A DNA stretch of 32,875 bases from Candidatus Woesearchaeota archaeon (GTDB taxonomy: Archaea; Nanobdellota; Nanobdellia; Woesearchaeales; DSVV01): positions 1 through 32,875 of the forward strand of contig JACQSP010000031.1 of the NCBI GenBank assembly GCA_016205905.1. The letters run 5' to 3'. The notes under the pieces are model-generated. The model searched no databases and was not told where the DNA came from. It was given only the letters and a program-made list of their open reading frames with translations. Of the stretch, positions 16,287-23,269 are shown piece by piece. A program made the translations under genes and the position numbers. Position 1 is the first letter of the stretch. Every line of letters begins with the position of its first letter.

Positions 16287-16763
16287 TTATTCATAAGAGC
16301 GACCGACTACAGCCCATAGGTTTACTCGTGGTTGAACACACTTTTCTTGTAGTTGAACCCACTCTTCAAAGTCACCTGTTGTTAATTCTGATTTTTTTAT
16401 TTTATATGTTCTTAACCCATTAAAAGCACAATCTGGACCAGCTATTGTCCATCTTATCCTGCCTTTTACTCTAACAACAAAATTAATATCATCTTCTATT
16501 ATATCTTCAATTTCCAAATATCCAGCTGATTTTACAATCTCTTTATAATTCAACCCCTTCTCGTACCAGAAAAAATATGCAAAATCCATACCTGGCATTA
16601 ATCTATCAAGACTTAATGCTGTTCTTGTACTTCTTACTATTGCACATATATCTTTTCTGTGTGATGGAAACACAGGCTCATATGTTGTACCATAACCATA
16701 CCTTGGAGAAGGATTTAATCTTTCAACCAAATATCTTATTTCATCGACTTTCATTTCATTCAT
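16287..16763 (-). CDS. Hypothetical protein (158 aa), last gene of the DapF-like operon
   Basis: ATG at 16763-16761 preceded by GGAGG (10-nt spacer); the ORF-track start at 16772 is GTG. No family recognised. Confidence 0.6.
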   Translation of the reverse strand: MNEMKVDEIRYLVERLNPSPRYGYGTTYEPVFPSHRKDICAIVRSTRTALSLDRLMPGMDFAYFFWYEKGLNYKEIVKSAGYLEIEDIIEDDINFVVRVKGRIRWTIAGPDCAFNGLRTYKIKKSELTTGDFEEWVQLQEKCVQPRVNLWAVVGRSYE

Positions 16764-16807
16764 TTTAATCACGCCTCCAATAAGCTATATATGCGTTTGC
16801 TATATTC

Positions 16808-16846
16808 GTGGACTTTAACTAAATAAATTCAGATATTAAAGTCCAC
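16808..16846. repeat. Intercistronic hairpin GTGGACTTTAA-N17-TTAAAGTCCAC
   Basis: 11-bp perfect stem. Homologous to hairpin 2702-2740 (GCGGACTTTAA/TTAAAGTCCGC). Its GTCCACCG tail matches the core of the 3'-end repeat family. Confidence 0.55.
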
Positions 16847-16861
16847 CGCAATAATGTTCGA

Positions 16862-17902
16862 TTATTTTGCAATTTTAGTATATATCTCTTTCGCCTTATT
16901 AATAATATCTTCTCTATTTGTCACATCAATATTCATAATTAGCAAATTTAACGACGCTGTTAACTCTGGCCTAGCTGCACTAATCCTTAATTTATACAAA
17001 TGCTGCTCGTCTTGAGTATCAATTTTAGCTTTTGTTATGTTTTCTAAATAAAATGCACTTGCCAAACAATATGCGCTATTTGCAACTCTTATTGCATGCT
17101 GCTGCTCTTCTGAAAATTGTGAAAATGGTTTTGAATATTCAATAGGATTAAAATTTTTATCAGGATTTAATCCGTACATAAAATCAATTATTATAACTTC
17201 TTTTCCATAATGCTGCGACAAGGAAACTTCAAGTGATGGCTGTATTTGCTTAAAATATCGGCCATTTCCATATAAGAATAGATAATCCTCATCATAGCCG
17301 GTAAATAGAATTACATTACGATTATTGCTTATTACTTTGCGATTATTATTTAGATGTTCTTTTGCTGTATAAGTTATATGTTTCATTTTTTCATAATAGA
17401 CTATCAACTCAGCTATTGTACATTTTAATCTGCCTTGTTCACGAATATCAGTTACCATGCCATCTACAATTATCAAATCGCGAGAGGGGAATCTTTTATC
17501 ATCGTCTATTTTTCTAAGCAAATCTAAATCAAGTGTGTTTAAGAAAGACACCCATTCTCTTATTGAGTCATTATATTTTTCTTCATGTCTCGGCTGTTTT
17601 ATAGCTGCCTCATCAATCAGCCATAAATCTGTATGAGCCAAACCAGCAAATCTTTCAAAATCGTTATACATTTCAGGGAGCATACTTTCGAAATTAAGCG
17701 GTTTTGCGTCGATAACAGGTGCAACCATTGAAACCGGATATTTTTCCCTTAACATTGCATAAAGATGAAGTACAGGTGTATGCCTTTTGAAAGTTCTGCT
17801 TGGCCATGGATTAGAATTCTGGATAGTAATTGGAGCTCCATCCATTAAAATAGTTACATTTTCTATAATATTATTTATTGTGTTGCCAGCCATAAGAATC
17901 AT
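16862..17902 (-). CDS. Hypothetical protein (346 aa), translationally coupled to the DapF-like gene
   Basis: The ATG (17902-17900) lies 3 nt after the upstream TGA (17908-17906), with GTGAGG just upstream. No family recognised. Confidence 0.65.
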   Translation of the reverse strand: MILMAGNTINNIIENVTILMDGAPITIQNSNPWPSRTFKRHTPVLHLYAMLREKYPVSMVAPVIDAKPLNFESMLPEMYNDFERFAGLAHTDLWLIDEAAIKQPRHEEKYNDSIREWVSFLNTLDLDLLRKIDDDKRFPSRDLIIVDGMVTDIREQGRLKCTIAELIVYYEKMKHITYTAKEHLNNNRKVISNNRNVILFTGYDEDYLFLYGNGRYFKQIQPSLEVSLSQHYGKEVIIIDFMYGLNPDKNFNPIEYSKPFSQFSEEQQHAIRVANSAYCLASAFYLENITKAKIDTQDEQHLYKLRISAARPELTASLNLLIMNIDVTNREDIINKAKEIYTKIAK

Positions 17903-17905
17903 GCC

Positions 17906-19042
17906 TCACTTTCTCAACAGATTAACTTGATAATTTGCACTGCCTATTTTCTTCGCAGAACCTATCATAGAAATATTGTTCTTTGAGAATTTGAGGTAAA
18001 TGTCTCCACCATCATTAATTACTCTAATTTCATTGTTGTCATGATTATTGTGATTAGGGTTATTGTTATTATGATTATTGTTATCCTGATTAGTGTGGTC
18101 ATGGTTATTATTATCATTGGTTGGATTACAATAGTGATTACAAGAAGAATTTAACATCCACATCAATGTTGCGCACGATGTTGAGCCTGTGCCGCAGCAT
18201 AATGTTGTCGCCCACAAACCGCGCTCTAAAGTTCTGATTCTGATATTTCTGTCGTCGATAATTTGCATTGCATTCAAATTAATGCCAAATGGAAATATAT
18301 CTCTATTTTGGATAAAAGCTAAAAATCCCGTTAAATCAACATTATTTACATCGTCAACAATCAGCACGCCATGCGGCTCACCAGAGTTTAATAAATATAT
18401 CGAACAATTTTTATAAGCGAAGACTGCACAAAAAGTGGTTAGCAGATTAAATACTGCTTTTTGTAAATTAACATATTTTAAAGGATCTTGTGGAAAACCC
18501 ATATCGACCGTTACAGTGTCGCCTATTACTTCTGTTAAAAATATACCGCTGTTTGTTTCGATGTTTATTTTTTGATTTGGAATGTTTGTTTTTTGTTTAG
18601 AAGCTTTTGTTTTGGGTTTTGAAACAGTTATTTTATTATATAAATTGCCTATTTCAGAACTTAGACAAAATTCATGTTCAAGATATTTTGCAATACACCT
18701 TAATCCATTACCGCACATATCTGACTCTGAACCATCTTTTTCAAATATCCGCATTTTTATATCTGCAACATTTGAAGGTTGGAGAAAAAGTAAACCATCT
18801 ATCCTTTTATTCTGTATTTGGCTTGAGTTGCATACTTCTCTGCTTAACTTACTTCTTGTTTCATCATTGGATATATTATGAATTCTTTCGTCTATTATTG
18901 CAAAAACATTGCCGTTTCCTTCAAAGATTTCAAAAGAAACTTGAGGTACAAGCGTATGATAATTATTATTAAGAAAATTAAGATTATCTGTGTTATTATT
19001 TATATCGACGACATTTCCGACAATCATCCATGCATGTTCCAA
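17906..19042 (-). CDS. DapF-fold (diaminopimelate epimerase-like) two-cysteine PLP-independent epimerase/racemase with N/H-rich insertion
   Basis: FEGNGNVFAIIDE (GNDF-like), FEKDGSESDMCGNGLRC and TLCCGTGSTSCA (the two catalytic-Cys motifs), and SGEPHGV. The track start is TTG at 19042; an alternative ATG is at 19027. Confidence 0.7.
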   Translation of the reverse strand: MEHAWMIVGNVVDINNNTDNLNFLNNNYHTLVPQVSFEIFEGNGNVFAIIDERIHNISNDETRSKLSREVCNSSQIQNKRIDGLLFLQPSNVADIKMRIFEKDGSESDMCGNGLRCIAKYLEHEFCLSSEIGNLYNKITVSKPKTKASKQKTNIPNQKINIETNSGIFLTEVIGDTVTVDMGFPQDPLKYVNLQKAVFNLLTTFCAVFAYKNCSIYLLNSGEPHGVLIVDDVNNVDLTGFLAFIQNRDIFPFGINLNAMQIIDDRNIRIRTLERGLWATTLCCGTGSTSCATLMWMLNSSCNHYCNPTNDNNNHDHTNQDNNNHNNNNPNHNNHDNNEIRVINDGGDIYLKFSKNNISMIGSAKKIGSANYQVNLLRK

Positions 19043-19189
19043 TTTCTGCCCTTAAGTTAAGATATGTTCTTGTGTTCATTATTATCACCAGTTCATTATA
19101 TCACCTAAATTTATACATGAAGATATTATATTAGGATAAACTATTTTAGATTAATGTAAACTATACAACAAAAAGATACTTATTTGTTA

Positions 19190-19308
19190 TTGCAGATTAA
19201 ATGTAAAATATTCTATATTATGCCCTATTTAATCTGCAAGATTGTAAATTTATAGGTACAGACATTAATAATTGTAAAAATCGGTAATCGTGCCTATAAA
19301 TTTACAAT
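19190..19308. promoter_or_regulatory. Two adjacent long perfect or near-perfect hairpins in the divergent promoter region
   Basis: TTGCAGATTAAAT/ATTTAATCTGCAA (19190-19202/19227-19239; 13 bp). ATTGTAAATTTATAGGTAC/GTGCCTATAAATTTACAAT (19241-19259/19290-19308; 18 of 19 bp). Confidence 0.5.
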
Positions 19309-19443
19309 AAATAAAATGAAAATTAAAATACTGCTTTCAGAAAAGTTACAAAAAGTATAATTATAAACTTTTTTTTAAAAATGTGTATATTAGTTTACGT
19401 CAAGCTTATCTATGAAAACTGCTATCTTCTCATTGTGATAAAT

Positions 19444-20523
19444 ATGACAGCACTTCAAGCACAAGAACAAAGAAAGGAAACAAAAAGACAGGAACCAGAA
19501 GACGGATATTTTGGAAGAGATAGTGATGGCACTTATTGTTATGAATCTGCTCATGAGCGTGGTGGAGAAGTTCCTACACAAGACTTAATAGAGATGAATG
19601 AGATAATTCATATAACACGCAATGTCACCAGAGAATATTCTCATAGAATGGGTTGTATTGTTGATTTATTAAATAATAAAAAGATAGAATTGGAACAAGT
19701 AGATCAAGAAAGCGGTTTGATAGAATTTGTGAGTGGACAATTGCTTTATGATAGGCTTTGTGATGGAGATTCATTAGATAAAATTTTTTCTTGTTTGGAT
19801 ATTACGAAAATACCACATGCAGATGAAATTATGGAAGCCACGATGATAATGGAAGAGAAATGCTATGATGAATTGATTAAACACAAAAATCTTCACGGCT
19901 CATACTTAACAGCGGATTTCCCATTATATGTTTTTGAAAATGGGGAAGCCATACTTTATCTTGCAAAAAGAGAGAATAATCCTATGTTTTATAGTGCGGA
20001 TAATTTAAGAGATGCATTATATCAATTATTGAGAACACATAATTATAAACCAAAAAAAGAAGATGTTGAAAGAGTGATTAATACAGACAGCACATTAAAA
20101 ATTCCACTGTCAAAGCTTAATTTAGAAAATCGTGGTGGGTTATTTAGGTGGAGTGATGATGAAATTGTGTTTTGCTATTTCAAAATAGATGTAGCACACA
20201 TTGAGCAACTTAACCCAACTCAAAGAGCACTTGCAGAAAGGGTTTATGGAAAAGGAGAGAATTTTGACAGAATAACTCATAATCTTAAGGAAATGATTGA
20301 CAAAAAAAATGCAGAACGGAGAATAACAGACCAAATTGGAACAAAACAAATTAGTCTTGCAGTTCTAACACCAGAATATGTAGAACATAGATGGATTAAC
20401 TATGGAAAAAGAGCAATAAGCCGCCCTTCTATTTTGGGCAATTATAGAGATGAATCTTCATTTGATGTTAGAAAATGGACTCTTGATGATCATTATCTAC
20501 TATTACATACAATTATAAAATAA
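19444..20523 (+). CDS. Hypothetical protein (359 aa) with an N-terminal module paralogous to 15722..16051
   Basis: MTALQAQEQRKETKRQEPEDGYFG...HERGGEVPTQDLIE...VTREYSHRM...VDLLN. The C-terminal ~270 aa are unrecognised. The track start at 19381 adds 21 hydrophobic AT-rich codons, judged unlikely. Confidence 0.65.
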   Translation: MTALQAQEQRKETKRQEPEDGYFGRDSDGTYCYESAHERGGEVPTQDLIEMNEIIHITRNVTREYSHRMGCIVDLLNNKKIELEQVDQESGLIEFVSGQLLYDRLCDGDSLDKIFSCLDITKIPHADEIMEATMIMEEKCYDELIKHKNLHGSYLTADFPLYVFENGEAILYLAKRENNPMFYSADNLRDALYQLLRTHNYKPKKEDVERVINTDSTLKIPLSKLNLENRGGLFRWSDDEIVFCYFKIDVAHIEQLNPTQRALAERVYGKGENFDRITHNLKEMIDKKNAERRITDQIGTKQISLAVLTPEYVEHRWINYGKRAISRPSILGNYRDESSFDVRKWTLDDHYLLLHTIIK

Positions 20524-20528
20524 AAAAA

Positions 20529-20555
20529 GCCAACAATAAATACTGCAATCTGAAG
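20529..20555. repeat. Right copy of the imperfect inverted repeat
   Basis: The reverse complement reads CTTCAGATTGCAGTATTTATTGTTGGC. 21 of 22 aligned positions are identical to 16113-16134, with one 5-nt indel. Confidence 0.45.
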
Positions 20556-20657
20556 GCCACAGCATTCGCTTTTTCAAATAAAAAAATCTGCCTTTTTTAA
20601 GTAATATTGCCTTTAATCAACTAACAATATATTAACATAATGTTAACTATTTAACAT

Positions 20658-20670
20658 AAAATATATAAAC
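20658..20670 (+). promoter_or_regulatory. TATA-box candidate for the ACT-domain gene
   Basis: AAATATATAAAC about 30 nt upstream of the ATG at 20695. Confidence 0.35.
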
Positions 20671-20694
20671 TGTTAACAATTAGATCATGTTAAT

Positions 20695-21354
20695 ATGGTA
20701 ACAATCGCAAGAACAGTTGAAAAAATCGTTGAAAGAAAGCCATTTCTTCAGGAAGCATTAGTCAGAGGAGTAATTAATGTAGCTGCATTAGCAGAGGAGA
20801 TTTTGCCAGAAGTAGAAACAGAAATGAAAGAAAAAGTTAAATTTGGAGCAGTGATGATGGCGATAAGGCGGTTGAGTGAGAAATTAAACAAATCATTCAT
20901 AAAAACTGCAAAGTTTGACATAAGTTCAGATATTAGTGTTAAATCTGATTTATATGAGATTACATTAAGAAAACTTCCAAGTATACAGGCAAAAATTAGC
21001 AAATTATATGATAAAATAAATTCAGAGAATGATTTTCTTACTGTAACCCAAGGCATTAATGAAATAACCTTGATAACAAACAGAAGGAACAAGACAAAAA
21101 TAAGGTTATTATTTGATTCAAAGGAAATTAAGTCAGAAGTAGAGGATATTGCCAGCGTCACAATAAATATTCCTGTAGAAGCAATACAGACTATTGGCCT
21201 GTTTTATATAGCCACAAGAGCATTAAACTGGGAGAATATAAATATAATAGAAATTGTTTCAACATTTACAGAGCTGACATTTATTATAAAAGAAGAAGAT
21301 GCGCCAAGAGCATTTGCAACATTAAAACAGTTAATAAGAGAACAAAGCAAGTGA
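20695..21354 (+). CDS. ACT-domain protein (ACT_7-like, archaeal family)
   Basis: N-terminus IVERKPFLQEALVRGVINVAALAEEILPEVE and C-terminus GLFYIATRALNWENINIIEIVSTFTELTFIIKEEDAPRAF are typical of small archaeal ACT-domain proteins. Confidence 0.55.
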   Translation: MVTIARTVEKIVERKPFLQEALVRGVINVAALAEEILPEVETEMKEKVKFGAVMMAIRRLSEKLNKSFIKTAKFDISSDISVKSDLYEITLRKLPSIQAKISKLYDKINSENDFLTVTQGINEITLITNRRNKTKIRLLFDSKEIKSEVEDIASVTINIPVEAIQTIGLFYIATRALNWENINIIEIVSTFTELTFIIKEEDAPRAFATLKQLIREQSK

Positions 21355-21419
21355 TAATCTGTCTTAGAAAACATACTTCTTCTTATACTTCTTCTACAAG
21401 AGATTAAAACAACAAAAAA

Positions 21420-21430
21420 TTATATAAATA
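21420..21430 (+). promoter_or_regulatory. TATA-box candidate for glyS with a purine-rich BRE-like tract
   Basis: AAAAAA then TTATATAAATA, about 35 nt upstream of the ATG at 21461. Confidence 0.4.
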
Positions 21431-21460
21431 GGACTAAACTAACCAAAAGAATAATTAAAA

Positions 21461-23008
21461 ATGGCTGAAAAATCAATAATATCAATCGAAGAAATGTCAA
21501 CCTTTTGCAAAAGAAAAGGATTTGTTTATTCTAATAGTGAGATTTATGGCGGAATGTCTGGTTTTTTTGATTATGGTCCTTTGGGCGTTGAAGTAAAAAA
21601 CAATATTAAACAGGATTGGTGGAAAACATTTGTAAAGAGCAGAGACGATGTTGTTGGTATTGATGGTACAATTATTTCACACCAAAAAGTTTGGCAGGCT
21701 TCTGGCCACGTCAGTTGTTTTGCTGATTTAATGGTTGAATGCACAAAATGCAGGGCAAGGAAGAGAGCAGACCAGCTGATAGAAGATGAGTTAAGTATTG
21801 CAGCAGAAGGGCTTTCTAAAGAAGATATCAATAAACTAATCGAGCAGAATAATCTTAAATGCCCTTTTTGCAAAGGCAGCCTGAGCAAGCCAAAGGAATT
21901 TAATCTAATGTTCAAAACCTTTGTTGGTCCTGTTGAATCTGAAGAAGCTGTTGCATATTTAAGGCCTGAAACAGCACAGCAGATGTTTACAAATTTCAAG
22001 ATTATTGCAGAAACTTCAAGAGTGCAGCTGCCGTTTGGGATTGCACAGATAGGCAGAGCTTTCAGGAATGAAATTTCTCCAAGAGATTTTCTGTTCAGAT
22101 GTCGAGAATTTGAGCAGATGGAATTAGAATATTTTACACATCCCGACGAGAAAAAGTGCAGTTTATTGGCAAAGGATGATCTAAATTATGAATTTCAGAT
22201 TTTAACAGCAGAAACACAGGAAAAGAAAAGCTCACATGAAAAGAATCAAAAAAAGGATCTGCATGAAAAAGTCCATATTCAAAAATTAAAAATAAAAGAT
22301 ATCTTAAAAATGCAGTTAATGGAAGAATGGCATGCTTATTGGCTGAAACAGCAGTACCAATGGTTTGTTGATTTAGGAATAAAAAAAGAAAACTTAAGAT
22401 TAAGGGAGCATAGAAAAGACGAGCTTGCGCATTACAGCTCAGCATGTTTTGATATTGAATACAATTTTCCGTTCGGCTGGAAAGAAATTCATGGCATGGC
22501 AAACAGAGGCAGCTTTGACCTAGAACAGCATCAGAAACATTCGAAAAAAAGTTTTGAACTCTTTGACGAGGCAACAAAGAAAAAAGTATTGCCAAAAATA
22601 ATTGAGCCTTCTCAGGGTGTAGACAGAGCTTTTCTGGCATTCATGTTTGACGCATATCATCATGAACCAGATAATAAAGAAAGAGATTGGATTGTGTTAA
22701 AACTGCATAAAAAACTTGCGCCAACACAAATCGCAGTATTGCCGCTAGTAAACAAACTTGAAGACAAGGCAAAGGAAGTTTACAATATGCTTAAAAATGA
22801 ATTTGTTTGCTTCTATGACAGGTCAGGAGCAATAGGAAGAAGATATGCAAGAGCAGACGAGATAGGAATTCCATTATGCCTAACAATTGATTTTGAAACC
22901 ATTGAAAAAGATAATTGTGTAACAATAAGAGACAGAGATACAACGAAACAAGTAAGAGTAAAGATTACTGATTTAAAAGAAAAGCTGAGAGAAAAGTTCT
23001 GCGGATAA
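21461..23008 (+). CDS. glyS: Glycine--tRNA ligase (archaeal/eukaryotic alpha2 type)
   Basis: FCKRKGFVYSNSEIYGGMSGFFDYGPLGVEVKNNIKQDWW, YLRPETAQQMF, GRAFRNEISPR, FEQMELEYF and EPSQGVDRAF. Confidence 0.9.
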   Translation: MAEKSIISIEEMSTFCKRKGFVYSNSEIYGGMSGFFDYGPLGVEVKNNIKQDWWKTFVKSRDDVVGIDGTIISHQKVWQASGHVSCFADLMVECTKCRARKRADQLIEDELSIAAEGLSKEDINKLIEQNNLKCPFCKGSLSKPKEFNLMFKTFVGPVESEEAVAYLRPETAQQMFTNFKIIAETSRVQLPFGIAQIGRAFRNEISPRDFLFRCREFEQMELEYFTHPDEKKCSLLAKDDLNYEFQILTAETQEKKSSHEKNQKKDLHEKVHIQKLKIKDILKMQLMEEWHAYWLKQQYQWFVDLGIKKENLRLREHRKDELAHYSSACFDIEYNFPFGWKEIHGMANRGSFDLEQHQKHSKKSFELFDEATKKKVLPKIIEPSQGVDRAFLAFMFDAYHHEPDNKERDWIVLKLHKKLAPTQIAVLPLVNKLEDKAKEVYNMLKNEFVCFYDRSGAIGRRYARADEIGIPLCLTIDFETIEKDNCVTIRDRDTTKQVRVKITDLKEKLREKFCG

Positions 23009-23050
23009 ATTGTTTCGATGAATAGAATTATTTTATTTGTTTCATTCATG

Positions 23051-23217
23051 GCATGTCCAACAGGTTCACGAATAAAAGTAAAAGGTAAGAAGTATAAGGT
23101 AAGAGGTAGGATGATAACATCGTAGTCATTCCCTCTTACCTTATACCTCTAACTTCTTACCTTTTTATTCATGTGACGGTGGACTTCGTCCCACACACGG
23201 ATTGGGAGCGGTAAAAA
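23051..23217 (-). repeat. Gene-3'-end composite structured element, copy 2 (central rod is a GGTAAGAGG-type palindrome)
   Basis: Minus-strand reading: TTTTTACCGCTCCCAA (23217-23202), then CGTGTGTGGGACGAAGTCCACCGTCACATGAA (23199-23168), then rod 23162-23078 containing GATGATAACATCGTA, then CGTGAACCTGTTGGACATGC (23070-23051). Confidence 0.6.
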
Positions 23218-23269
23218 GATTGAGAGAAACAGAATCTCCGCTAAACAAGTATGAATTATTAAACCAAAA

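Noticed and set aside
19381-19443. Upstream ATG start for the 359-aa gene (adds MCILVYVKLIYENCYLLIVIN)
   Set aside because: The added residues are hydrophobic low-complexity sequence overlapping the likely promoter. The paralog alignment starts after the second ATG. Uncertainty remains.
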